Both the position numbers and the translations under genes were made by a program. A stretch of DNA of 53,428 nt. It comes from Thermoplasmatota archaeon (GTDB lineage: Archaea; Thermoplasmatota; Thermoplasmata; Thermoplasmatales; Thermoplasmataceae). Shown here piece by piece: positions 28,949 to 39,316 of the stretch (within the stretch, counting starts at the first letter, position 1; every line of letters begins with the position of its first letter). The notes beneath the pieces were generated by a model. The model was not told the DNA's origin. It was given only the letters and a program-made list of their open reading frames with translations, and did not search any database. The stretch spans positions 1-53,428 of the forward strand of contig JAMDBW010000052.1 in NCBI GenBank assembly GCA_023487765.1, read 5' to 3'.

Positions 28949-30916
28949 ATGTCATCCTGCTATAGGGGAAAAATGTCAGGAAGGGATCTCAACAACTCGG
29001 GTTTCAGCACTTTCATTGCCGGTAATGAGGCTGAACTCGAGGCACATTTCTCTGGATTCAGTGCACTGAGAGCAGTTTCCTATGTTGTTTCAATAAAGTG
29101 GATTCTGGAGTTTCTGGAAAGAAATCAATTTGAAAGCATCGAGATCGTGGTGGGAAAGGAGGTTTCCGATCTAAACCCCGCCGAATTGCTTAAGGATGAG
29201 GTTGCAAGCGATAAGGGAAATCTTGCCTGTCAAATCCTCGGGATGATGGAGCAGGGAAGGTTGAAGATATACACCTCGGATCGTATTGTGCATTCCAAGT
29301 TCTACATTTTAACCGGCAGAGGGGCTATAAGGGTTATTCAGGGCTCAGCTAACCTGACCACGTCAGCGAGGAAAGGGAAACAGGTGAACTATCTCTGGAA
29401 GTGGGATCTGGAACCCGGAGCTGACAAGTCGCTTATTGAGAGATTCAACGCAGATTATGAGCTGCACAAGAAATATTGCTCTCTATTCATGCAGGATCTC
29501 CAGGATATGCTCAAGGAAGCAGGAGATGAAGATAGGGAAAGGGTGCTCAATAACTGGCTTGGAAGAAATGTTGAGCCACAGGAAATCGGGATAATGCCCA
29601 TGCTCACGCAGATGGCCACAGAGGTCCTGGTCGGTGACAGCGGCGAACCGGTATACCGGATGATGCTGCCTGCAGAACCATCAAAACGAAAACCCATAGA
29701 ACAGTTCCTCCGGCCCGTAAAACACGAAATAGAATCATCTCAAATAGTCTTCCTGAAAAAGGATTTCCTTAACAGCGAAAATCTGTTTGTCCCAATAATG
29801 CGGGTGGATTTTGAAAATCACAGAATAGTCTTCAACATCAGGGCCGAAAAAATCACAGTAGGTGATGCCACACCTCCCGGTGAGGAAGTGAACACATGTC
29901 TGGCCAATATTGAGGAGTACATCAAATCTATCGACATGGGCAAGACAAGGAACAGGACAATCAACAACATGACCAAGATGAGCGTATATGAAGGGCTGAT
30001 CTACTTCCTGTCATCACCTTTCCTGAACCAGTATATGAGAATAAAGAGGGCCAAGGTGGGAAGAGTCGATGAAAGGGGTCCGAGATTTCTTTTCATATCG
30101 GGAGGATCAAGCAACGGAAAGACCACTTTTATTAAGTACGCGCTGAAACTTCTGACGGGTAAAGACATCAATCCAATAGACAAATCAAATTTCAGGAAAC
30201 AGAATATTCTCACGGCAGCGGGGCTGGGCACGAATTTTCCCCTCGTTTTTGACGACGTACCTCCCCAGCGGCTGAATTCTTCTGATATGGAAACAACCAT
30301 CAAGAGTTACTGGGAAACCTGGTGGAATGGCCAGAGCATCTTCCCGACAATTATAGTCTCTTCAAATGCCAAGTCTACCAAGGAATGGCACCAGACACGT
30401 GTCAAGACTCTTAATTTCGATGTTCATTTTGAACCTTCAATGAAGGCCAGGGAGAAACTCAACGACATTTTCAATCAGCAGAATAGTATTTTTTCTGCGT
30501 TCGCTTCATATTATTTCACACATTTTAGTGAAGACATATCGGACGATGAACTTGAACATGGGAGAAGAACAATGCTGAGGTTATATGATTACGCCGGCAG
30601 ACAGGTACCGGAATATTTCCCAAAAGCGCCGGTGGAAACAATTTATGATCCCGACAGGCTAAAATGGCGTGAACTCATAGACCTTGGAAAGGTCAGCATC
30701 GTGGAAAAGAACGACTCGATGGAGTTAACATTTCTGGAGGGATTCAACCGATCCGATGTGGAGCACTATGCTGATTCCATCAGACACGCAAAACACCGAA
30801 TAGTCGGAAATACTATTATAATAGAAAGCCCGGAGGACTTTCGGAAGTGGCTGGGGCTGGAGGAGAATGCCAGTCCGGGAATATTTGAAAAACTGTTCAG
30901 GAGGAGGAACAGGTAA
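28949..30916 (+). CDS. PLD-family nuclease domain fused to a P-loop ATPase
   Basis: HSKFYIL..GSANLT (PLD/BfiI/NgoFVII type); Walker A GGSSNGKTT, Walker B LVFDD, sensor-like IVSSN; likely start 28973. Confidence 0.85.
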   Translation: MSSCYRGKMSGRDLNNSGFSTFIAGNEAELEAHFSGFSALRAVSYVVSIKWILEFLERNQFESIEIVVGKEVSDLNPAELLKDEVASDKGNLACQILGMMEQGRLKIYTSDRIVHSKFYILTGRGAIRVIQGSANLTTSARKGKQVNYLWKWDLEPGADKSLIERFNADYELHKKYCSLFMQDLQDMLKEAGDEDRERVLNNWLGRNVEPQEIGIMPMLTQMATEVLVGDSGEPVYRMMLPAEPSKRKPIEQFLRPVKHEIESSQIVFLKKDFLNSENLFVPIMRVDFENHRIVFNIRAEKITVGDATPPGEEVNTCLANIEEYIKSIDMGKTRNRTINNMTKMSVYEGLIYFLSSPFLNQYMRIKRAKVGRVDERGPRFLFISGGSSNGKTTFIKYALKLLTGKDINPIDKSNFRKQNILTAAGLGTNFPLVFDDVPPQRLNSSDMETTIKSYWETWWNGQSIFPTIIVSSNAKSTKEWHQTRVKTLNFDVHFEPSMKAREKLNDIFNQQNSIFSAFASYYFTHFSEDISDDELEHGRRTMLRLYDYAGRQVPEYFPKAPVETIYDPDRLKWRELIDLGKVSIVEKNDSMELTFLEGFNRSDVEHYADSIRHAKHRIVGNTIIIESPEDFRKWLGLEENASPGIFEKLFRRRNR

Positions 30917-30958
30917 TGTCCTGACTCTCAATTTATACGGGAATCATGTGGTGGTATT

Positions 30959-31519
30959 ATGAAAAGCGGAATTACTGCAATATACAGGTTCAAGGTTGCA
31001 TTGAAGGGCAGACGAGGCATCTGGCGCCGCATAGAAATCAGGGGAGACCAGACACTTGCTGACCTGGACAGGATTATACGAATTGCCTTTAATCATGACA
31101 CATGGGATCACCTCGGGGAATTTTATTCCGGAAAGCCCTGGTATCGATCAGGTTATGGAGAAATCAATCCGAATGGAGGAGGCGAAGGGGCGAAGATCCC
31201 GATAGCCTCCTTAGGGTTACAGGAGGATGACAGGATAGGCTATGTATACGATTTTGGCTCCGAAATCCATCACTACGTCACTCTTGAGAGCATGTCGGAA
31301 AGTACGGATCCTGCAGCCAGATATCCCCTTATTGTATCACGAAACAATCCGAGGTACAAGTATTGTGTGGAGTGTGCGGCGTCCGGCAAGAAAAATGTCG
31401 CAACTCAGGTCTGTCTCGATTGCTCTACCGAAGATGGCTCTGAACCCGAATATATCTGTGAGGACTGTGGATATGCAGACAAGCATGAGGAACATTTTCT
31501 TGAAGATATTGTGTATTGA
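30959..31519 (+). CDS. pRiA4b ORF-3-like protein with a C-terminal Cys/His zinc finger
   Basis: WRRIEI..QTL.DL..I..AF..DHL..F and YVYDFG motifs; three CxxC pairs plus HxxH. Confidence 0.85.
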   Translation: MKSGITAIYRFKVALKGRRGIWRRIEIRGDQTLADLDRIIRIAFNHDTWDHLGEFYSGKPWYRSGYGEINPNGGGEGAKIPIASLGLQEDDRIGYVYDFGSEIHHYVTLESMSESTDPAARYPLIVSRNNPRYKYCVECAASGKKNVATQVCLDCSTEDGSEPEYICEDCGYADKHEEHFLEDIVY

Positions 31520-31632
31520 GCCATTCATGACTCCGAAGAACGGTAGAGGTAATACCTTTTGGAAGGTTTATGAACAAGGCTTGAAATACTGCATTACACA
31601 TCATGTCACAGAAGGAGTAATTACGCCGATTC

Positions 31633-32826
31633 GTGTTTGCAACTACAGATTGGGAGGAATGCATCCTGGGCGATAACAAGAGACCGGACAGCAGGGAATC
31701 TAATTCGAGTTCTATAACCAGAGAGGACGTACCGAACTTACCAGTGATCAGGGAAATGATACAGAAGGACATCGACTACTCCCAGGCTTTATTCGAGTAT
31801 GCCCAGGAGTACTATGACAGGGAGTGCAGGCTGTATGCTTATGAATGCCCGGACAACACAGACCTCTCCGCCGAACTGCGCTATAAACAAATCTACTTAT
31901 GGTTCATCACCGAAAAGGTCCTGCCTTCCAGAGGTCGTACTGTTCTGGAGGAATTCGTGGAGAAATACATTGCCCCAAAAGATCCGGAGGTTGCAAAAAG
32001 GTTACTTCGGTCAAAGAGCATGATAAGGGGTTCCTTTAAGGTTCTCGACGTAACATATTACCCCTGTGTACTCGTGGATCATCTGGAATCCGGGAAAAGA
32101 TATCTTGCCGTTACCAAGATTCCTCCATCGCCACAGGCGAAAGAGACATTTCTCCCTGAGAAGGTAATAAAAGGAAAAATTCATCCATGGTGGGATAAGT
32201 ACTTCATTTTTGACGGGATTCTGACCAGGGAGCCAACGCGTGAAGAAATTGCCAGTCAAATGGGGTTCATCTTTGATCCCGGCATAATTATGGAGCGATA
32301 CGAGAGTGATCAGATCAGAAAATTTGAGTCAATATCGCTAAATCTTAAAACAACGCTCTCATCTGCGTTTAACAAATATCCGTCACAATGGGTTGACGGA
32401 ATGTGTTCGGCATCCGGTATCAGCATAAAGCAGGTAAGAACTAAACGAGACAAGATCGATGCTCTTGTTTCCAAGCTTGAAAATGGATATGCTGATTACC
32501 TTCTCAGGGAGAGATTCACGGAGAAGCAGATTGCTATCCTGGAAATGCTTCACAGAGGTGGCTGGGTCCTGAAATATGGTCAACTGACAAAACAATTTTC
32601 ATCGGAAACAACTTTCTGGTGGGTTGAGGATCCTCCAACATCTGATATCGGCGTTCTGCGATTGCATGGATTTATTGTAATCGGCAAACTCCCCGAGGGA
32701 GGAAAGCACTATAAGGTGGCTGTTGTTCCGGTTGAGTTAAGATCCACGGTCAAAAACTTCCTCACTGCCAGGGCAAAGTATCCATCACGTCATCTACGCT
32801 TGAGACCTACCGGGTCATGTCAATGA
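31633..32826 (+). CDS. Two-domain hypothetical protein (accessory block); start uncertain
   Basis: 397-codon ORF with an OB-like central segment and a C-terminal helical region (FWWVEDPPTSDIGVLR). Confidence 0.7.
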   Translation: MFATTDWEECILGDNKRPDSRESNSSSITREDVPNLPVIREMIQKDIDYSQALFEYAQEYYDRECRLYAYECPDNTDLSAELRYKQIYLWFITEKVLPSRGRTVLEEFVEKYIAPKDPEVAKRLLRSKSMIRGSFKVLDVTYYPCVLVDHLESGKRYLAVTKIPPSPQAKETFLPEKVIKGKIHPWWDKYFIFDGILTREPTREEIASQMGFIFDPGIIMERYESDQIRKFESISLNLKTTLSSAFNKYPSQWVDGMCSASGISIKQVRTKRDKIDALVSKLENGYADYLLRERFTEKQIAILEMLHRGGWVLKYGQLTKQFSSETTFWWVEDPPTSDIGVLRLHGFIVIGKLPEGGKHYKVAVVPVELRSTVKNFLTARAKYPSRHLRLRPTGSCQ

Positions 32827-33304
32827 ACGGGACTTGAGCAAGGGTCATGAAAATACCGGAGAAACATAGTTTTCCCGCCCGCCAGTGAGTAGACTTGCAA
32901 ATAACTCACATAAATTGAGTGTGAAGAAAACCGCTCAGGGTCGGACTTGTTTTGACAGGCATTCAGGCAAATGACCTGCCCGTTCGTAGTAGCCATAACA
33001 TGGGGGCACAAGTCTTCAAAAAGATCGAAGAGTGTTGATCAGGCCATTGAGATGGTGACAGGCATATATGTAATTTCAGGGGATAGAACGGAAACATCCT
33101 GAGACAGTGGAACCCGTAACAAAGGAAAACAGGAATTTTATCGCAATCCCGGACTTAAGGGTATACTTGCCTCCCGCTGATTCGCAAACAATCGGGATAA
33201 ATGCCCGGTTTCAGGATATCATTATTTTGTACTGCGGACAAAGGGAGTGCATATTAAACTGGAAAGGATCAGATGATGGTGGGAGCATACCAAAGAATCC
33301 GGGA

Positions 33305-34994
33305 ATGAGAGATTTTGTGGATCAAGTCAGGGAGAAGCTGGAAACGTATTCACCAGAGACGGTGAAGGATATTATCATAAGGTGGGCCATTAGCACCCCT
33401 CCGGGAAAGAGAATTGAATTTCTGGACAGACTGACCCACTTATCTCCGAAGGAAAACACGCACATTGGCGGCCCAGAACTCATTGATGAGATAAACGGGC
33501 TTGCAAAACGCGTCGAGAACGGAAATTACGGTGAGTACAGGGGAGAGGATGATTATCCCTACGGCGAGGATTTCAGCGATGAAAGTTGGGCTGATGAAAT
33601 CGACACATTCATGGAAGATGCCCGCTCCAATATGAAATCCGGCAGCTACGCGCTGGCTCGCGACGCATACAGTATGTTATTCAGGATTCTGGAATCAGGC
33701 GAAGAATCAGGTCACCTTCCCGGGAACTATGATCCTGCCAGTATGCTCAGTACAGACTTGAACGAAGCCCGCTCCTGTTACCTGTTGTCCGTCTATTTCA
33801 CGTCACCGCCTGAGATGCGTCCGGTGAACTTATATGAAGGTATGCAGCGATTTGCTACTCTTGTCGGGGATGATCTGAACCTCAGGTCAATGAAAAGTGC
33901 AGGATTAGAAATTCTTCCGGATTTCGACGAATTCCTGGAAGCGTGGATTGAACTGCTGAGAGGCAAAAACTCCACGTTCACCCGTTATCTTCTGCGCGAG
34001 GCTGTTATCTTATCCGGAGGCATAAATGCCATAGCGGAACTGGCACAAAAAACTGGTAGTGAACATCCCAGTGCATACATCGCGTGGATTGAGATGCTGG
34101 AGAAAGAAGGGAATTTCGTGGATATGGCAAGAGCAGCTGAGAAAGGACTTGCCAGTGTACCGGGCGATTATGTCAGGAGAGCTGAAATCGGAGAATGCCT
34201 GGTCAGAGCCGGAGAACATCTTGGCAACATAGATTTACAGATTTCCGGCTCCCACGAAGCATTTTATTCTTTTCCCTCTCTGAAAAATCTTTTGTCGTTA
34301 TTACTCATTGCAGAAAAGCAGAATGGCTACTATGGAGAGATCGAGGCAGCAATTAGCAGGATAGATTCGCTGATTCGAGATAAGAGGAAAAACAATGTGC
34401 CTGTATCAATGGAAGATGAGGAATCCTCGAAGTCTTTTGCAGGTGACAGTTTACTGGTTCAAACTTTTCTGCTCGGCGGGCGCTATGAGGACGCCTTTAA
34501 TTCCATTATTTCGAAACCTTCCGCTGGGCTGGAGCTATGGCGACAACCAAAAAGGACTCGTACTGGCATTCTTCCTGAAACTACTTGCAGGAGAGAAAGA
34601 TGCACATTCTGCATCTAACATCGAACGGCTATGGGAAGATTCTACAGGGCACACTGGCTTTTTATTCATGGATCAGGAAGGGATTGCCAAAAGATTCGGC
34701 ACGGCAATGGATAAGATATTTCGTTCTGCAAAGCTCTCAGACGATGAAAAAGTGAAGTACACAAAATGGTGCGTTGAAGAAACCGGCAAGAGGACTGACG
34801 CAATAGTCGGAGGGAAACACCGGAATAGTTACAATAAGGCCGCCGTCGTGCTTGTCGCATGTGCTGAAATGCTCAGTAAACATGGAGAGCGATCAGCTGG
34901 TAAGGAACTGGTGGAAGGATATCGTTCAAAATATAACCGCCATTCTGCGTTTCAGGGTGAACTTCGGAACGCTTTGAGGATCGCCAGTCTTTAA
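33305..34994 (+). pseudogene. Large helical hypothetical protein split by a +1 frameshift near 34500-34520
   Basis: ORFs 33107-34618 and 34395-34994 join into one coherent helical protein (..RYEDAF../..LGWSYGDNQK..HRNSYNKAA..). Confidence 0.7.
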
Positions 34995-35245
34995 AGAAGA
35001 GGAGAATGGCGGGCAACGCGTTCGAATCAACACTTTTCCCCCCTCATCCGCTGCTTACTCGAACTGACGTTTTTCTCAAATCGCCTGATGCTGTGATTAC
35101 TCGGTGAAAATTACATGGAAGTCGCCCTGAAATATCCGTTCATCCTGGAAACTATTGAATGAACTGTCCGCACTTCACCTTCGTCAGGCAACTTTGTGTA
35201 ACAAATCCATAAATACCATCGCTTCATGTTTATGTGTAGAGGCTT

Positions 35246-36064
35246 ATGAAAACCAAGGAAATGGAGCTACTTGTAAAAACGCATGACGGTACGGACATTA
35301 AGACATTCATTGCGAGACCGGATGATGACAGACCACATCCCGGCGTTCTCGTGATAATGGAAATCTGGGGAGTGACCGACTTTATAAGAACCGTGTGTCG
35401 CAGGCTTGCTGAACATGGTTACGTTGCCCTGGCGCCCCACCTTTACTCAAGGAAGGAGCAGTTTGACCTGTTCACTGAGGAGAACATAATGGATGCCATG
35501 AGGCCGTTCTGGGCACTTCCGCCTGAAAAAAGGGGAGATCAGGAAACAGTCAGGGAGGTCCTCTCCAGAGCCTCAGAGAACTCCAGGAAGATTGTCAATG
35601 AGGTGATGTTCAACAGGCAGAAATTGGAGGAAAACATGATAAAGGACCTGGAGTATGCCTACAGTTACCTGTTCAAGGAGTGCAATACAACCAGGAAAGG
35701 CGTTGTCGGTTTCTGTCTCGGCGGAGGCCTTGCATTCCAGCTTTCAACACAGGTCGAATTTGACGCCTCAGTAATATTTTACGGGGCCAACCCGAGAAAA
35801 ATAGACGATCTGGAAAGGATCAGGGGGGCTGTCATGGGATTGTACGCCGGTGAGGACGGGAGCATCAATGCCGGCCTTCCGGATCTGCTGAAAAACGTTG
35901 TGAAGCACAAGGTGAATTTCGAGATGAAGATCTATCCGGGAACCTTCCATGCATTCTTCAATCACACTGGAATGAGTTACAACGAACCGGCAAGCAGGGA
36001 TGCGTGGAAAATGCTTTACAGGTTCTATGCCGAAAATCTTGGTGGGCTGAATGGCGGAAACTGA
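35246..36064 (+). CDS. Dienelactone hydrolase family protein
   Basis: EIWG, GFCLGG nucleophile, D.SI and HAF catalytic His. Confidence 0.92.
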   Translation: MKTKEMELLVKTHDGTDIKTFIARPDDDRPHPGVLVIMEIWGVTDFIRTVCRRLAEHGYVALAPHLYSRKEQFDLFTEENIMDAMRPFWALPPEKRGDQETVREVLSRASENSRKIVNEVMFNRQKLEENMIKDLEYAYSYLFKECNTTRKGVVGFCLGGGLAFQLSTQVEFDASVIFYGANPRKIDDLERIRGAVMGLYAGEDGSINAGLPDLLKNVVKHKVNFEMKIYPGTFHAFFNHTGMSYNEPASRDAWKMLYRFYAENLGGLNGGN

Positions 36065-36182
36065 CGGGGAAGGGCTGCTGGACGGATGCTTTTTCACGTG
36101 GGTGCAGGTGACGGAACATTACAGCAGGAAGGGAGAGATAGACGAAAAGACAAAGAACTTCAGGGGAGAGAAGAAACGGTAG
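36051..36182 (+). CDS. Possible 43-aa small protein
   Basis: MAETDGEGLLDGCFFTWVQ...KKR*; the ATG overlaps the hydrolase 3' end and follows GGTGG. Confidence 0.3.
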   Translation: MAETDGEGLLDGCFFTWVQVTEHYSRKGEIDEKTKNFRGEKKR

Positions 36183-36277
36183 CTTGCGGAGATCTTCAGG
36201 CAAATTTGTGGTTGCAATCCATAATCTAAGGCCGTGATTCAACCATGCTCATTTCTTAACCGGGAAAACCGCGACAT

Positions 36278-37504
36278 CTAGAACCGGCTGGTTATTTCTG
36301 CATTTGTTTCAAGACCATTGGAGGACAGGAAACTGGATAGTTCGATCTCAGAATCCATTGTGGAAATCGAATCTATATCCTTAAGGATGTGCCCTGTTAT
36401 TATGGAAACTACTGAATCTGTCCTGTCAATTAGCCCTTCGTTGACAAGCTTCCTGACGCCAGCCACCGATGCGGCGGAAGCCGGCTCACAACCAATACCG
36501 GCAGAATCAATTTTCCTCTTTGCCTCCATGATCTCTGTGTCTGAAACAGTTGTAACGATACCATTGGTGAATCTTATGCTTTTCAGTGCCTTCTCCCAGT
36601 TCACCGGATTACCTATTCTTATGGCGGATGCGATAGTGTTTGCCTTGACAGGGACCAGATTTTCTGTTTTTCCGGACCACAGGTTATAAAATGGACTCGC
36701 TCCTTCTGCCTGCACAGAAATAATCCTTGGAACTTTGTCAATGACCCCCATCTCCTTCAGTTCCATGAGTCCTTTGCCTATTGCTGTGGTGTTTCCCAGG
36801 TTTCCCGCGGGAAGAGAGATGAAATCAATATCCGGGTTCTTCTCCATTATCTCGAAGGCAATGGTTTTCTGCCCCTCTATTCTCCATGGGTTCAGGGAAT
36901 TGAGGAGGTAGTATTCGTGGTTTTTTTCAATGATGGTTTCAAGCTGCGACATGGCAGCGTCAAAATCTCCGGAAACACTGACTATTCTAGCTCCATAGGC
37001 TATTGCTTGGGCAAGTTTAGCCCGAGACACGTTCTTCTTTGGTATGAGCACATAGCTGTCTATGCCTGCAATAGAACTGTATGAGGCTGCGGAAGCAGAA
37101 GTATTACCCGTGGAAGCGCAAATTGTAGCCCTGACTCCGAGCCGCAAAGCCTCGGAGACGGCAAGGGTCATTCCCCTGTCCTTGAAGCTTCCCGTCGGAT
37201 TCTCTCCCTCGTGCTTCATGGATATGTTATCCACACCAGTCCATTCACTCACTTTTCTGTGTGAGTAATGATGGGTGTTACCCTCTCCTCTTGAAATTAT
37301 AAATTTATCCGGAACTGACGGATGAATAATTTTCTTGTATCTCCAGACACCGGAAATTTCTGAATCGAACCACGCATCTCCAAGTTTGTGCCTCACTTCC
37401 AGTATTCCATTGCAACTGTCACACCTGTACTTCTTTCTGTTTATGGTGTACTCTTTTCCGCATCTGAAGCATTTCAGGAATGATTCTGTCATATCCGTTC
37501 CCAT
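36278..37504 (-). CDS. thrC: Threonine synthase
   Basis: NPTGSFKDRG PLP lysine, CASTGNT, EGQKT and EPASA motifs. Confidence 0.95.
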   Translation of the reverse strand: MGTDMTESFLKCFRCGKEYTINRKKYRCDSCNGILEVRHKLGDAWFDSEISGVWRYKKIIHPSVPDKFIISRGEGNTHHYSHRKVSEWTGVDNISMKHEGENPTGSFKDRGMTLAVSEALRLGVRATICASTGNTSASAASYSSIAGIDSYVLIPKKNVSRAKLAQAIAYGARIVSVSGDFDAAMSQLETIIEKNHEYYLLNSLNPWRIEGQKTIAFEIMEKNPDIDFISLPAGNLGNTTAIGKGLMELKEMGVIDKVPRIISVQAEGASPFYNLWSGKTENLVPVKANTIASAIRIGNPVNWEKALKSIRFTNGIVTTVSDTEIMEAKRKIDSAGIGCEPASAASVAGVRKLVNEGLIDRTDSVVSIITGHILKDIDSISTMDSEIELSSFLSSNGLETNAEITSRF

Positions 37505-37611
37505 CTTAATATCCGGTCCAAAGGTTGCAGTATCGTAATGTTAGGCCAACCTGCCTCGACTGTATCGCCAGCATGTACAAATTATGTTCTGAAAGAACCC
37601 CGAGAAGAGTA

Positions 37612-38541
37612 TCATCCCTCATACATGGTCGCACCTCCGGCTATGTTGCACTGCACGAACTCTGTATCAATACCGCGCTGCTTCATAAGTGGCTTCACCC
37701 TCAGCTTAATGTTCTCCACGTTCGTTTCATCATCCACGAGAAGGATCATGCTTGGCCCGGCGCCGCTTACGGATACGCCTATTGCATTTTCCTGCAGGCA
37801 TATCTCCTTCACTTCCGGGTAGAATGGAAACAGGGAAAGCCTGGAGGTTTCAACAATATTGTCATTCATTCCTTCCCTTAGAAGGCTCCTGTCACCGCCA
37901 GTCAGGCCCAGAACCAGCAGGGACATCAGTCTTGAATTCCCTATGGCGCTATCCATGTGAACCATTTCCGGCACCATGCTTCTGGCCATTTTTGTCTTGC
38001 CGCGTATCTCTATTCTGGGTATTATGAGCATAATCCGGTTCATGCAATGCGGCCCCAGTGGAAGTACTCTGAGTGGTTTCGTCGATTTGACGAAAACAAC
38101 GCCTCCAAATATGCTTGCAGCCACATTATCAGCGTGCGGAGAACCAGAAGAGGCTCCTTCACCAAGCATTGCGTAGTGTGTCAGCATTTCCTTGCTGAGG
38201 TCGAGATCGAGGAGCCTGTTGGCAGCTATCACAGATCCTGCGGCCGAGGCTCCACTGCTACCAAGTCCCAGTCCCTCAGGAATTCCTTTCTCAACTGAAA
38301 TTAAGAATCTCCCTTTTATGTCCAGATCCTCAGCCATTTTCATGAAAGCATAGCTTGCCGTGTTCTTCACAGGATCCGCCTGGATCCCGTCGTGAATAAT
38401 GCTTACTTCCAATGCTCCTGTATTCTCCACCATATTGAGGGTTATCTTGTCACGGAATGCATCATGAGCAAGTGCCAGGGTATCGAATCCAGATCCCAGG
38501 TTTGCAGATGACGAATAGGATATTGCTGTTAGTTTTTTCAA
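37612..38541 (-). CDS. thrB: Homoserine kinase
   Basis: SSANLGSGFD, GLGSSGA, HADNVA and SGAGPS GHMP motifs. Confidence 0.95.
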   Translation of the reverse strand: MKKLTAISYSSSANLGSGFDTLALAHDAFRDKITLNMVENTGALEVSIIHDGIQADPVKNTASYAFMKMAEDLDIKGRFLISVEKGIPEGLGLGSSGASAAGSVIAANRLLDLDLSKEMLTHYAMLGEGASSGSPHADNVAASIFGGVVFVKSTKPLRVLPLGPHCMNRIMLIIPRIEIRGKTKMARSMVPEMVHMDSAIGNSRLMSLLVLGLTGGDRSLLREGMNDNIVETSRLSLFPFYPEVKEICLQENAIGVSVSGAGPSMILLVDDETNVENIKLRVKPLMKQRGIDTEFVQCNIAGGATMYEG

Positions 38542-38791
38542 ATGGGAATTGGATTTACTTTGTTGAATAAAAGCCTTTCATGCTTGGAATCCTGAAATTG
38601 ATATAAAAAAGTCATAAATTGCGACATTTTCCATGGAGTTCCAGTGGATTCAGGTTGAAATGCCGGGAAGAAATGATTCCAGCAGACTCCCGACGGGGCA
38701 GTGGAGTGCATCTGACGCGTGAGGTGTTCTTCCCCCGTAACCGGCGTCATCGCCAGGGGAAGTATAAATTCATGACACTGATGGCAGGAAG

Positions 38792-39316
38792 ATGGCTCAC
38801 AAAGATGGCTCAGATCCATCCGAAATAAGCACCAGGGCGGCCACGATTTCAGATTCGGATTCCATTGCCGCTATCTATAATCAGGGGATTGAAGACAGGA
38901 TTGCGACGTTTGAGACCGTTCCGAGGACGGCTGATGCCGTCAGGAAATGGTTCGACCCCGTTCATCCCATAGTTGTTGCGGAACATGGCCAGAAGATAGT
39001 GGCGTTTGCAGCCACTTTCCCTTACAGCAATCGTGAATGCTATTCTGGAATCGCAGAATTCTCGGTATACGTGGAGCGTCACATGAGAGGTAAAGGCGCA
39101 GGCAGGGCCGCAATGAATCTCCTTATTGACGAATGCCGTAAATCCGGCATGTGGAAACTTGTCTCAAGGGTATTTGTGGAAAACAGGTCAAGCAGGTCAC
39201 TATTGCAATCGCTTGGTTTTCGCGAAGTGGGAATTTACGAAAAGCATGCGAAACTCCACGGAGTTTGGAAGGACACGGTCATTGTCGAATACATTATCCG
39301 GGAAAATATTGCGTGA
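38792..39316 (+). CDS. GNAT N-acetyltransferase (phosphinothricin/ArsN1-like)
   Basis: IYNQGIEDRIATFET, SVYV..RGKGAG and GFREVG..H.K..G.WKD motifs. Confidence 0.85.
   Translation: MAHKDGSDPSEISTRAATISDSDSIAAIYNQGIEDRIATFETVPRTADAVRKWFDPVHPIVVAEHGQKIVAFAATFPYSNRECYSGIAEFSVYVERHMRGKGAGRAAMNLLIDECRKSGMWKLVSRVFVENRSSRSLLQSLGFREVGIYEKHAKLHGVWKDTVIVEYIIRENIA

Noticed and set aside
27458..35172. Short inverted matches flanking the accessory block (TGCGGACAG, GTTTCCAG, AACGTCAGT)
   Set aside because: Only 8-9 nt each with inconsistent spacing; not a credible terminal inverted repeat
38638..38651. GTTCCAGTGGATTC resembling an ORB core
   Set aside because: Isolated partial match with no partner repeats or adjacent initiator gene
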